Source: Alphaproteobacteria bacterium (lineage in GTDB: Bacteria; Pseudomonadota; Alphaproteobacteria; MPNO01). From it: a stretch of 64,000 nucleotides of DNA. How positions within the stretch are numbered: position 1 is the first letter of the stretch; each line of letters opens with the position of its first letter. The position numbers and the translations under genes were made by a program. The stretch covers positions 32,001-96,000 of the forward strand of contig OZ219866.1 in NCBI GenBank assembly GCA_964291675.2, written 5' to 3'. The notes under the pieces were generated by a model. The model searched no databases and was not told the DNA's origin. It saw nothing but the letters and a program-made list of their open reading frames with translations. This document shows positions 28,950 through 38,717 of this stretch, one piece after another.

Positions 28950-29192
28950 ATGACACCCCAACCCGCCCACGTCCCGCGGACCGCCGCGTCCGCGCCGCCG
29001 CCCGCTCCGGCTTCCGATCCGGGGAACTCCGACGACGCGGCGCAGAAGGACGCCATCGCCCGCGCCGTCTGGACCGACCTGCTCTGGCTGATGCCTCGGG
29101 ACCGCACCGTCACCGTCACGGTGCGCGACGGCACCGTCGCGGTGGAGCTCGGTCCGACGGAGCCGGACCCGGCAACGTCCTCCCACGCCTGA
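28950..29192 (+). CDS. Small protein homologous to the C-terminal module of the GHKL ATPase
   Basis: IARAVWTDLLWLMPRDRTVTVTVRDGTVAVELG aligns with IADAVARELFWLIPHDRGVDIAVRDRKVTVTLG. Confidence 0.65.
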   Translation: MTPQPAHVPRTAASAPPPAPASDPGNSDDAAQKDAIARAVWTDLLWLMPRDRTVTVTVRDGTVAVELGPTEPDPATSSHA

Positions 29193-29276
29193 CTCCGTCC
29201 CGATCCTCGGCGCGCGCCCCGTCCCGGCCCCCGCCGGGGCGGGCCGTTTCCCATTCACCCGTTCGCGGAGGTTGCC

Positions 29277-30017
29277 ATGCCCGACGCCGCTCCCGGCTTC
29301 GACGACATGCCATTGTTCGACATGCCCGCGGCGCCCGCCTCGGTCCGGGAGGCAGCGAGCCGCCGCCGGCTCCAGCGCCGCTTCCTGCGCGCCGGGCGCG
29401 AGGCCGTCGACGAGCGCGATCTGCTGGAACTGCTGCTCTCGGGGCGCCGGTCGGTGGACGATGCCGAGACGCTCGCCGCGAGCCTGCTCGACAGGTTCGG
29501 CACGGCGCCGCGCGTCCTCGCCGCCCGGCCGGACCGGCTGCGCGGCGTGCCCGGCCTGTCGGAAGACGCCATCGCCGTCCTCAAGGCCGCCGAGGCGCTC
29601 GGCATCCGCATGGCGCGGGCCGACGTGCCCGATACCGTGCGCCCGTCCCTCGGCAGCTACGACAAGGTGATCGCGTACTGCCGCGCGCTCACCGGCCACC
29701 GCGAGGTCGAGGAGTTCAGGGTTTTGTATCTCAATCGGAAGAATCGATTGATTGCCGACGAGTGCCTCCAGAAGGGCTCCGTCTGCCACACGCCGGTCTA
29801 TCCCCGGGAGGTCTGCATCCGCTGCCTGGAGCTTCAGGCCAGCGCGGTCATCGCCCTGCATCCACACCCTTCGACCTGCCCAGAACCGTCCCGCGCCGAC
29901 ATCGACATGACGAAGCGCATGAAGGACGCGCTGAAGACCATCGAGGTCACGCTGCTCGACCATCTGATCGTCACGCCGACCGGCGCGGTGAGCTTCCAGA
30001 CGCGCGGTTTGCTGTGA
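29277..30017 (+). CDS. radC: RadC/JAB-domain protein
   Basis: ELLL..HhH region, E.F.VLYLN.KN.LI, VYPREV, H.HPS..PEPS.AD and LLDHLI motifs. Confidence 0.9.
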   Translation: MPDAAPGFDDMPLFDMPAAPASVREAASRRRLQRRFLRAGREAVDERDLLELLLSGRRSVDDAETLAASLLDRFGTAPRVLAARPDRLRGVPGLSEDAIAVLKAAEALGIRMARADVPDTVRPSLGSYDKVIAYCRALTGHREVEEFRVLYLNRKNRLIADECLQKGSVCHTPVYPREVCIRCLELQASAVIALHPHPSTCPEPSRADIDMTKRMKDALKTIEVTLLDHLIVTPTGAVSFQTRGLL

Positions 30018-30064
30018 CAGGCCGCTGCGACCCTCTTCCACTCTTGCCCGCGAGGAACCCGACC

Positions 30065-30481
30065 ATGCCCGAACCCGCCAACGCCGCCGCATTCGGTCCC
30101 GTGCTCTCCGTCTATACCCGCGCCCAGGCGATCGAGGACGGCATCCTCGTCGACGTCTCCGAGACCGCGCGCGAAGCCGGTTTCAAGATCCCCGTCGCGG
30201 TCACGCGCGGGGTCTGGGACCGACTCATCGCCCTTCCCGACGGCTACCAGGGGTTTCAGGACCAGAGCGGACGTTTGTGGGACGTGCTCTGGATGGCGCA
30301 TTACTACGCGGTCCGCGCCTCGAACAGCGACCGCGTGAGGATGTGCGTGCTGGTGCGCGACATCCGCAAGGACCTGCGCGACAGCAACCGGCCTCCCCGC
30401 AAGCACTTCCCCATCGTGGCGATCGGCAGCGGCGACCGAGGCGAGGCCGTAATCACCATAATGTGGCCGGAGGACGACTGA
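30065..30481 (+). CDS. Conserved MGE hypothetical protein (DUF6573-like)
   Basis: YTRAQAIEDG.LVDV...A.EAGF..PVA.T..VW, GRLWDVLWM and TIM.PED motifs. Confidence 0.75.
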   Translation: MPEPANAAAFGPVLSVYTRAQAIEDGILVDVSETAREAGFKIPVAVTRGVWDRLIALPDGYQGFQDQSGRLWDVLWMAHYYAVRASNSDRVRMCVLVRDIRKDLRDSNRPPRKHFPIVAIGSGDRGEAVITIMWPEDD

Positions 30482-30483
30482 CC

Positions 30484-30960
30484 ATGCGGATCCTCAGCCC
30501 GGAGCAACAGCTCGAGATCGCCCGCCGCGTCCACGAGACCTTCGACCGTCCGAAGCGCTGGTTCCAGGGAGGGTGGGGGCGCGACGACGACGGCGACGTC
30601 ATCGAGTTCGACGGCGGCTTCCACGTCGTCCACAACGACGAGGTCCGCCACCCGCCCGCCTTCCGCCTCGCCACGCCCGAGAGCCCCCGCTGCTTCTGCC
30701 TCGGCGCCGCCATCCGCATCCACACCGGTTCGATCCTCCACTACGACCCGTCCCATACCGGGGAGGCGACCGAGGCCATGTGCGCCGTCTACACCAGGCT
30801 CGCCGGCATCGACACCGGCGCCCGGGAACGGGACGCGGCCGATTCCGAGCCTCACCTCAACGCCATCATCGAGTGGAACGACTTCGACGAACGTTCCTAC
30901 GCGGACATCCGCGCGCTCACCGCCGCCGTGCTGCGCCATCTCGACGCGCAGCGCTGGTGA
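30484..30960 (+). CDS. Hypothetical protein (DUF6197-like)
   Basis: W.QG, CFCLGAAI and IIEWND motifs. Directly follows the upstream gene with an RBS. Confidence 0.65.
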   Translation: MRILSPEQQLEIARRVHETFDRPKRWFQGGWGRDDDGDVIEFDGGFHVVHNDEVRHPPAFRLATPESPRCFCLGAAIRIHTGSILHYDPSHTGEATEAMCAVYTRLAGIDTGARERDAADSEPHLNAIIEWNDFDERSYADIRALTAAVLRHLDAQRW

Positions 30961-31032
30961 TCGCGGCTGACGCGCCGCCCGGCCGTATCCCGGCCGCGCG
31001 GCTCCTCAGCCGGGCAGCGCCCCGTTCATGCC

Positions 31033-31299
31033 TCACTCGCTCGCGCCGTCCGACTCCCCGTCCCGGCGCGGACCGCCCCAGGGGTCCGGTATGCTGTGGC
31101 CGCGGCCGAGAGGCCGTCGGAAACACTTCATGCCGCACAGTTCGAGATGGTCCACGATCCTCTCGGCGAACGGCCTGAGACGATCGTGGTCGCCCGGCCC
31201 GCGCTTCTTCGGCCAGAAGCGCTCCGCCTTGCGCAGCGCCATGTCGACCGAGAACACCAGGTCGTCCCGCGACACCGGACAGGTGTGTTTTCTCTCCAT
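31033..31299 (-). CDS. Small hypothetical protein divergent from SRAP
   Basis: 88-aa ORF (AERIVDHLELCG). Its promoter region carries the LexA box. Confidence 0.6.
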   Translation of the reverse strand: MERKHTCPVSRDDLVFSVDMALRKAERFWPKKRGPGDHDRLRPFAERIVDHLELCGMKCFRRPLGRGHSIPDPWGGPRRDGESDGASE

Positions 31300-31318
31300 G
31301 GCGTGCAGGGTGGCATGG

Positions 31319-31333
31319 GAACATTTGAAGAAC
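31319..31333. promoter_or_regulatory. Alphaproteobacterial LexA (SOS) box
   Basis: Exact GAAC-ATTTGAA-GAAC (GAAC-N7-GAAC) in the 75-bp gap between divergent genes. Confidence 0.8.
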
Positions 31334-31374
31334 AAGAGTGGCAAACCCCCGCCAGTGGGGGTAATGCTATTCCG

Positions 31375-32087
31375 ATGTGCGGTCGCTTCAGCAACCGATT
31401 CACCTGGAAAGAGCTGCACGAGCGGCTCGACCTCATCGGCACGCCCCTCAACCTGCGGCCCCGCTACAACATCGCGCCGAGCCAGGACGTCGCGGCCGTG
31501 CGCGCCGCCGACCCCGGATCGCAGTCCGGGACAGACATCGGGCGCACGCTCTCCATGCTGCGGTGGGGGCTGATTCCCGCCTGGGCAAGAGACCCTGCCA
31601 TCGGCCACAAGCTCATCAACGCCCGCTCGGAGACCGCCGCCGAGAAGCCGTCCTTCCGATCAGCCTACCGGAACCGCCGCTGCCTGATCCCGGCCGACGG
31701 CTTTTACGAATGGCAGCGCCGGGGCGGGACCCGCCAGCCCTGGCTGTTCGGCCTCCGGGACGGCGCGCCCATGCTCTTCGCCGGCTTGTGGGAACGCTGG
31801 ACCGTTCCCGAAAGCGCCGCCCTCACCGGATCGCTCGCGGAGCGCAGCCCCGGCGATGCCGTCGAGACCTGCACCATCCTCACCACCGCCGCCAACGAGG
31901 CGGTGGCGCCGGTCCACGGCCGCATGCCGGTCATCCTGGCGCCGGACGCCTGGGATGGCTGGCTGGCGAGCAGGTTCCCCTCGGACCGTACCCGGCGGAC
32001 GCCATGACGGCCCATCCGGTGAGCACGCACGTCAACCGGCCCGCCAACGACGATCCGCGCTGCGTGGAGCCGGTCACGCTGCTCTGA
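31375..32087 (+). CDS. SOS response-associated peptidase (SRAP/HMCES/YedK) with a frameshift near the C-terminus
   Basis: MCGRF catalytic N-terminus, RYNIAPSQ, INARSET, GFYEW and H.RMPVIL. The conserved tail (HPVS..VN...ND) is in another frame after ~31965. Confidence 0.85.
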
Positions 32088-32309
32088 GTTCCGGTCGCCC
32101 GGCGGCCTGAACCCCCACCCCTGACAACCCCGTTCCGGAACGGCCTCGCCGTTCCCTGTCGCTCCATCGCGCATCTCGCCAGCCGGAGTCCGGCCAGCCG
32201 GAGCCGGACGGGCCGGCGGGCCGGTGCGGGAGGACCCGCCGCGCGCCGGCATTCCCGCCGCCCGCCCCGGACCGCGATCCGGGGCCGTCCCCCAGCCCGG
32301 AGACCGCCC

Positions 32310-32840
32310 ATGCTCCACCGGATCACCGGCCGCGCCACCAAGTGCGGCCCCTCCGCCATCTCCGCGATCGCCGGCGTGCCGACCCACCAGGCCGCCGCCG
32401 TCATCCGCCGCCTTACCGGTCGCCGCGCCGTCAACGGCGTCTACATGGACGAGCTCGCCGCCGCGCTTGCCGAGTTCGGCTGGACGCCGGACCGCACGCT
32501 CCGCCACCCCAGGCTCGGCGACCGCCGCTACGCCCACGACGAAGAGGCCTGGGAACGCCGCCTCTCGGACCTTCCCTGCGAACGGCGCGCCGTCACCCTC
32601 GGGACCTTCCTCGACCCCGCGCCCGCCGGAACGTGGGCCATCGCGACGAGCGATCACTTCGTGGCCTACGGCGACGGTTTCGTGGCGGACTCCGGCGCCT
32701 TCTTCTCGCGCAAGCCGGCCTTCTGGTTCCGCGCCATTCCCGAGCATGACCGCGTCGCGCTCAGGCGCGTCCGCGAAGCCATCCGGTTCGCGCCGGTCCC
32801 GGGCAGCGCCGGGCGCGGCCCGTCTTCCAAGGAGTGTTGA
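32310..32840 (+). CDS. Hypothetical protein (C39 peptidase-like CGP..I motif)
   Basis: GGAG RBS. CGPSAIS near the N-terminus and HFVA..D downstream. Confidence 0.6.
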   Translation: MLHRITGRATKCGPSAISAIAGVPTHQAAAVIRRLTGRRAVNGVYMDELAAALAEFGWTPDRTLRHPRLGDRRYAHDEEAWERRLSDLPCERRAVTLGTFLDPAPAGTWAIATSDHFVAYGDGFVADSGAFFSRKPAFWFRAIPEHDRVALRRVREAIRFAPVPGSAGRGPSSKEC

Positions 32841-32843
32841 GCC

Positions 32844-33488
32844 ATGCCCAGGATCGTCGAGACCACCGTCTACACGATCGACGAGCTTTCGGACGCGGCG
32901 AAGGAAGCGGCGCGCGCCTGGTATCGCGAGTCCTGCCTCGACTACGAGTGGTACGACTTCGTCTACGAGGATTTCCACACCATCTGCGGCATTCTCGGCG
33001 TGACGCTCCGCACCAGCCTCGTGCGCCTTTATGGCGGCGGAACGCGGGACAAGCCGCATCTCTGGTGGACCGGCTTTTGGTCGCAAGGCGACGGCGCGTC
33101 GTTCGAAGGCTCTTATTCCCACGCCAGGGGGGCGGCAAGGGCGATCCGCGCCCATGCGCCCAAGGACGAAGAACTGCACCGCATCGCCGACGCGTTGCAG
33201 GCGGTTCAACGGAAGAACTTCTTCCAGATCCACGCGTCGATCCGCCAGAGCGGGCGCTACCACCACGAATACACCATGGCGGTCGAGGTCGAGCGCGACA
33301 GCCCGACCTGGCAACCGCCCACGGACGATGCCGAGGACACGGTGACCGAGGCCATGCGCGACCTGGCGCGCTGGCTCTACCGCCAGCTCCGCGCCGAATA
33401 CGAACATCTAACCTCCGACGACGCGATCGACGAGACCCTCGCCGCCAATGCGTGGTCGTTCACGGCGGCGGGCGAATACTTCGTCTGA
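32844..33488 (+). CDS. Conserved acidic plasmid/ICE protein (often auto-annotated as an antitoxin)
   Basis: TVY..DELSD.AKE.AR.W, GF.SQGDGA.F and L..EYE.L.SD motifs. AAGGAG RBS. Confidence 0.75.
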   Translation: MPRIVETTVYTIDELSDAAKEAARAWYRESCLDYEWYDFVYEDFHTICGILGVTLRTSLVRLYGGGTRDKPHLWWTGFWSQGDGASFEGSYSHARGAARAIRAHAPKDEELHRIADALQAVQRKNFFQIHASIRQSGRYHHEYTMAVEVERDSPTWQPPTDDAEDTVTEAMRDLARWLYRQLRAEYEHLTSDDAIDETLAANAWSFTAAGEYFV

Positions 33489-33711
33489 CATCGCCGCACA
33501 TCCCGCGCCGTCCCTGAACGGCGCGGGCCCGCCGGGCACCTCCGCACCTTCCTGAATCCGACCGTCGGCCGCGCCCGCGCCGGGTTTCCCCGGCGCGCGT
33601 CGCGCCGGCGGGAGTCCGGTCAGCCGGCTGGGGGCGGTCGGCGGGCAGGCGCGGGAGGCCCCGTGCCGCGCCGCCGGCCCGCTTCCGCCCTTCCAGCACG
33701 GAGACCGGCCC

Positions 33712-36700
33712 ATGCTCGACGCCAACCCGGCGCCCGACGCCCTCGCGCGTCCGCCCCTTCCCACCGACGCAATCGAACCGCCGGCATCGCCGGCCCGCCC
33801 GTCTCCGGGCGATGCCCTGTTCGCTGCGGCCCGGGCCCTGCTGCCGGTGCTGGAGGCCGGCCGGCCGCTCGATGCCGCGATCCTCCGGGACGCCATGACC
33901 GAGGCCTTCGGCGCGTCCGACGCCGTGGGCGGCTGGGTCTGGAAGGACGCCTACGAAGCAGTCGAAGCGGCGTGCGTGCTGTTCCTCCAGCGCTACGGAC
34001 GGGGCATGCGCCGCACATGCGGCGCCGGTCCCGACGGGCCGCGCCGCATGCTGGCGATGCTGGAGACGCTCGCGGCGCTGGAGCCCTCCCACACCAAGCG
34101 GTCGGAAGAGCAGGTCCGGCTCCAGCAGTTCTCGACCCCGCTGCCGCTCGCCTATGCGGCGTTGCAGGCCGCCGCGATCCGGCCGGACGACGTCGTGCTG
34201 GAGCCCTCCGCCGGAACCGGGATGCTGGCGGTGATGGCGGAATGCGCGCTGGGCACGGACGCCGCCGGCAAGCTGTATCTCAACGAGTATGCGCAGACCC
34301 GGGCCCGGTTGCTGATGCAGCTCTTCCCCGGATCAGTCGTGACCGCCTTCAACGCCGAGGCCATCGCCGACCGGCTGCGCGACGTCCGCCCGACCGTGGT
34401 GCTGATGAACCCGCCGTTCTCGGCAACGCCCGGCGTCGACCGCAACCGGTACGACGCCGACCTGCGCCATGTCCGCTCGGCCGCGTCGATGCTGCCGCCG
34501 GGCGGGCGGCTGGTGACGATCACCTCGGCCCATTGCGTGCTGGGCGACGCCGTCGGCCGTCTGGATCCTCCGGCCCGCTGCGTCTTCACCATGGCGATCG
34601 ACGGCCGCGCCTACGCGAGGCGCGGCACCGGCTTCGACACCCGCCTCACCGTGCTGGAGCGCGGCCCCGGACCCGCCGTGGATCTCGACGGAACGGCCCG
34701 CGCCGCCGACGCCCGCGAGCTGCTCGATGCCGTCAGCGCGGAGGTGCCGCAGCGGCAGCCGATCGCGCCCACGCCGATCCCGTCAGGCCCGGCCCGCGAT
34801 CTCTTCGGCAAACCGGTCGCGCCGAAGCCTGAGAAGCGCCGCGGGCCGAAGCCCGTGTCCACGCCCGAGACGCAGCGATCCCACGACTGGGGGCCGATTT
34901 CCGAGCTTACCGTCGAGACCGGCCCGGTCGAACCCGCTGCGGTGGAACCCGCCGCCGATGCCGATTCCCATGCCAGCGACTCCGGCCCCTACGCGCCGTG
35001 GCGGCCGGGCGCCGTGCGGGTGCCGGGCGCGGTCGAGCACCCGACGCCGCTGGTCCAGTCCGCCGCCATGGCCGCCGTGCCGCATCCCGTGCCGGCGTAC
35101 AGGCCGATGCTGCCCGAGCGCGTGGTGACGGACGGCCTGCTGTCGGACGCCCAGCTCGAGAGCGTCGTGCTGGCGGGCGAGGCCCATTCGCGGCACCTTG
35201 CCGCGGAGTACCGCATCGGCTCGCAATGGGACACCGTCCACCGCCGCAAGCTCGACGATGACGGGAACGAGGAGGAGGTCGATACCTCCCTCGTCACCCA
35301 GGAAGGCGAGACCCTGTCGGAGCCGGTGCGCTTCCGCCGGGGCTGGATGCTGGGCGATGGCACCGGCTGCGGCAAGGGCAGGCAGGTCGCCGCCATCATC
35401 CTCGACAACCGCCTGCGCGGCCGGAAGAAGGCGCTCTGGCTCTCGCAGTCCGACAAGCTGCTGGAGGACGCGCGCCGCGACTGGACCGCATTGGGCGGCC
35501 TGGAAAGCGACGTCATCCCGCTGGGGAATTTCCGGCAGGGGATGGAGATCCCCCTCGACGCCGGCATCCTCTTCGCGACCTACGCCACGCTGCGCTCGCC
35601 GTCCCGGCAAGGGAAACCGTCGCGGCTGGAGCAGATCGTCGAATGGCTCGCGGGCTCATTGGACGAAGAGGACCGCCACGGCTTCGACGGTGTGATCGTC
35701 TTCGACGAGGCGCACGCGATGGCGAATGCGGCGGGCTCGAAGTCCGAGCGCGGTGAGACCAAGCCGTCGCAGCAGGGCCGCGCCGGGCTGCGCTTGCAGA
35801 ACGCGCTGCCGGACGCGCGCATCGCCTATGTCTCGGCCACCGGCGCCACCACGGTGCCGGGACTGGCGTATGCAGGACGGCTCGGACTCTGGGCCGCCGG
35901 GGAGACGCCGTTCGAGAAGCGCACCGAGTTCGTCTCCGCCATGGAGGCCGGCGGCGTCGCCGCGATGGAAGTCGTCGCGCGCGACCTCAAGGCGCTCGGG
36001 CTCTACCAGGCGCGGGCATTGGCCTATGACGGGATCGAGGTCGACATCCTGGAGCATCCCCTCACGCCGGAGCAGCGGCGCATCTACGACGCCTATGCGG
36101 GCGCCTTCAAGGTGATCCACGCCAACATCGAGGAGGCGCTCAAGGCCACCGGTATCGTCCAGGGCGAGGACACGCTCAACAGGAACGCCAAGGCGGCAGC
36201 GTTGAGCGCCTTCGAGGGCACCAAGCAGCGCTTCTTCGGTCATCTTCTGACCGGCATGAAGGGCCCCTCGACCATCCGCGCCATCGACGCCGACCTCGCG
36301 GGCGGCCGGTCGGCGGTCGTGCAGCTGGTCTCCACCGGCGAGGCGTTGATGGAACGCCGCATCGCCGACGTTCCGGCCTCGGAGTGGGACGACCTCAACA
36401 TCGATCTCACGCCGCGCGATGCGATCCTCTCCTACCTCATGCACGCCTTCCCCGTGCAGTTGCAGGAACCCTTCACCGACGACGGCGGCAACCTGCTGAG
36501 CCGGCCCGCCCGCGACGCGGACGGCAACCCGGTCATCTGCAAGGAAGCGGAGGACCGGCGCGATGCGCTGATCGAGAAGCTGGCGGCGTTGCCGCCGGTG
36601 CCGACCGCGCTCGACCAGATCGTGCAGCATTTCGGGCACGAGGCGGTGGCGGAAGTCACGGGCCGGTCGCGGCGCGTGCTCAGGATCACGGATGCGAAGG

Positions 36701-38226
36701 GCGAGCGGATGGCGCTGCGCAGCCGGCCGGCTTCCGCCAACCTCGCCGAGACCGCCGCCTTCATGGACGGAGAGAAGCGCATCCTGGTGTTCTCCATGGC
36801 CGGCGGCACGGGTCGCAGCTATCACGCGGACTTGTCTTGCGGGAACACGGAGCGGCGCATCCACTACCTGCTGGAGCCCGGCTGGCGCGCCGACCAGGCG
36901 ATCCAGGGGCTGGGGCGTACCCACCGCACGCACCAGGCCTCCGCCCCGCTGTTCCGGCCCGTCACCACCGACGTGAAGGGCGAGCGCCGCTTCATCGCCA
37001 CCATCGCGCGCCGTCTGGACAGCCTCGGCGCCATCACGCGGGGCCAGCGGGATTCCCAGACCGCGATGGGCGGCAGCGACGCGGCGCTGTTCCGCGAGAG
37101 CGACAACCTGGAGAGCGTCTACGCCCGGGCGGCTCTCAGGCAGTTCTACGGCGCGCTGTGGCACGGAAGCATCCAGGGCTGGAATCTCGAGCGCTTCGAG
37201 AAGGCCACCGGGCTGAAGCTTACCTGGGAGGGCAATCTCAAGGAGGACCTGCCGCCCATGCCCAGGTTCCTCAACCGGCTGCTGGCGCTCCCCATCGCCG
37301 AGCAGAACCAGCTCTTCGCCGAGCTGGAGGAACGCATTGCCAGCAACATCGAGCAGGCGATCGAGGCCGGCAGCTACGAGGTCGGCGTCGAGACCGTCAC
37401 CGCCGACTCGCTCATCGTCGCCGGCCGCGAGACGCTCTACGAGCATCCCGGCACCGGGGCGGCCACCGAGCTGGTCGAGATCGTCCGCCGCGACAGGCTG
37501 GTGCCGCTCACGGCGGAATCGGCGCTGGAGATCGGCGAACGCGATCCGGGTCCTGACGGCAAGCCGCGCCTGGCCGTGAACGCCCGCTCGAAGCGCGCCG
37601 CCGTCATCCTGCCGGCCGCTTCCCGCATGCTCGACGACGGCGGCGTGCGGGAGCGTGTGCGGCTCATCCGGCCCGCGACGGCCGAGACCATCGCGAGGGC
37701 CGAGCTCGACGCCTCCAACTGGCGCCGCGCCGACGAGGCGCAATGGCGGCGCGTGTGGGACGCCGAGATCGCCGGGCTGCCGTCGCACCGGGACTCGCGC
37801 TTCTGGCTCGCCACCGGCCTGCTGCTGCCGGTCTGGGACCGCCTGCCGGCCGAGAACATGCGGGTCCGGCGGCTGACCTCGGATGACGGCATCGCGCTCA
37901 TCGGGCGCGTGCTCGACGCCGAGCAGGTCCGCGCCGTGCGTCAGAGCTTCGGCCTCGGCGGCGGCCCCGCCATGACCGGCGCGGAGGCCTTCGAGGCAGT
38001 GATGGGACGCGGCAACGCGCTCGCGCTCGCCAACGGCTGGCGGTTCGCGCGCCGCCGGCTGATGGGCGCCGACCGCATCGAGATCGAGGGCCCGGCCGAC
38101 ACCGACATGGACGCGCTGAAGCGTATGGGATGCACGGTGGAGATCGTCCAGTTCCGCGCCCGGATATTCGCGCCGAACGCCGGTGCGATGGAGCGCATCC
38201 TCGCCCGCTGGCCGCTCGCCGCCTGA
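33712..38226 (+). CDS. Methyltransferase plus strawberry-notch (SF2) helicase fusion
   Basis: QQFSTP, LEPSAGTG and MNPPF (MTase). GDGTGCGKGR, FDEAH, SATGAT and QGLGRTHR (helicase). Confidence 0.92.
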   Translation: MLDANPAPDALARPPLPTDAIEPPASPARPSPGDALFAAARALLPVLEAGRPLDAAILRDAMTEAFGASDAVGGWVWKDAYEAVEAACVLFLQRYGRGMRRTCGAGPDGPRRMLAMLETLAALEPSHTKRSEEQVRLQQFSTPLPLAYAALQAAAIRPDDVVLEPSAGTGMLAVMAECALGTDAAGKLYLNEYAQTRARLLMQLFPGSVVTAFNAEAIADRLRDVRPTVVLMNPPFSATPGVDRNRYDADLRHVRSAASMLPPGGRLVTITSAHCVLGDAVGRLDPPARCVFTMAIDGRAYARRGTGFDTRLTVLERGPGPAVDLDGTARAADARELLDAVSAEVPQRQPIAPTPIPSGPARDLFGKPVAPKPEKRRGPKPVSTPETQRSHDWGPISELTVETGPVEPAAVEPAADADSHASDSGPYAPWRPGAVRVPGAVEHPTPLVQSAAMAAVPHPVPAYRPMLPERVVTDGLLSDAQLESVVLAGEAHSRHLAAEYRIGSQWDTVHRRKLDDDGNEEEVDTSLVTQEGETLSEPVRFRRGWMLGDGTGCGKGRQVAAIILDNRLRGRKKALWLSQSDKLLEDARRDWTALGGLESDVIPLGNFRQGMEIPLDAGILFATYATLRSPSRQGKPSRLEQIVEWLAGSLDEEDRHGFDGVIVFDEAHAMANAAGSKSERGETKPSQQGRAGLRLQNALPDARIAYVSATGATTVPGLAYAGRLGLWAAGETPFEKRTEFVSAMEAGGVAAMEVVARDLKALGLYQARALAYDGIEVDILEHPLTPEQRRIYDAYAGAFKVIHANIEEALKATGIVQGEDTLNRNAKAAALSAFEGTKQRFFGHLLTGMKGPSTIRAIDADLAGGRSAVVQLVSTGEALMERRIADVPASEWDDLNIDLTPRDAILSYLMHAFPVQLQEPFTDDGGNLLSRPARDADGNPVICKEAEDRRDALIEKLAALPPVPTALDQIVQHFGHEAVAEVTGRSRRVLRITDAKGERMALRSRPASANLAETAAFMDGEKRILVFSMAGGTGRSYHADLSCGNTERRIHYLLEPGWRADQAIQGLGRTHRTHQASAPLFRPVTTDVKGERRFIATIARRLDSLGAITRGQRDSQTAMGGSDAALFRESDNLESVYARAALRQFYGALWHGSIQGWNLERFEKATGLKLTWEGNLKEDLPPMPRFLNRLLALPIAEQNQLFAELEERIASNIEQAIEAGSYEVGVETVTADSLIVAGRETLYEHPGTGAATELVEIVRRDRLVPLTAESALEIGERDPGPDGKPRLAVNARSKRAAVILPAASRMLDDGGVRERVRLIRPATAETIARAELDASNWRRADEAQWRRVWDAEIAGLPSHRDSRFWLATGLLLPVWDRLPAENMRVRRLTSDDGIALIGRVLDAEQVRAVRQSFGLGGGPAMTGAEAFEAVMGRGNALALANGWRFARRRLMGADRIEIEGPADTDMDALKRMGCTVEIVQFRARIFAPNAGAMERILARWPLAA

Positions 38227-38350
38227 GCGGCCCGCATGATACGTATGGCCGGCCCGACGCCCGCCGTTACATCAGTTGCCGGCGCACCGGGGGTCCGTAC
38301 CGCCGGCCCGCCGGCCGCCGGCCCCGATTCCACGGACAAGGAGAGCCGCC

Positions 38351-38620
38351 ATGACCGCACAGACCCTGCCCGACGAGCCGAACTTCTGCTTCTGTCCCGC
38401 CTACGACGTCGAGACCGAGGTGCAGCAGATCAGAATCGTGATCGAGGGGCTGGCCGGCCATGTCCCGACCGCGCTCATCAGCCTCGACCTCGAAAATGCT
38501 CTCGACATTTGCGACAAGCTCAACCGACGCCTCGGGCTCGACCGCGAGGCCTGGCAGGCCATGGTTGCCGCCTCCATGCAGGCCGAGGACGAGGATCCCG
38601 AGAGCGACCCCTGGCACTGA
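38351..38620 (+). CDS. Hypothetical protein
   Basis: AAGGAG RBS, 89 aa. Confidence 0.65.
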   Translation: MTAQTLPDEPNFCFCPAYDVETEVQQIRIVIEGLAGHVPTALISLDLENALDICDKLNRRLGLDREAWQAMVAASMQAEDEDPESDPWH

Positions 38621-38717
38621 AGCCATATCCCTGCTGCGCGGCCGGCCCGCCGCCGGCTGCCGGTCCGCGGGCTCGCCGGCGAGGGCTCGCCGCTCCGTTG
38701 CCGGGAATAGCTACGCC

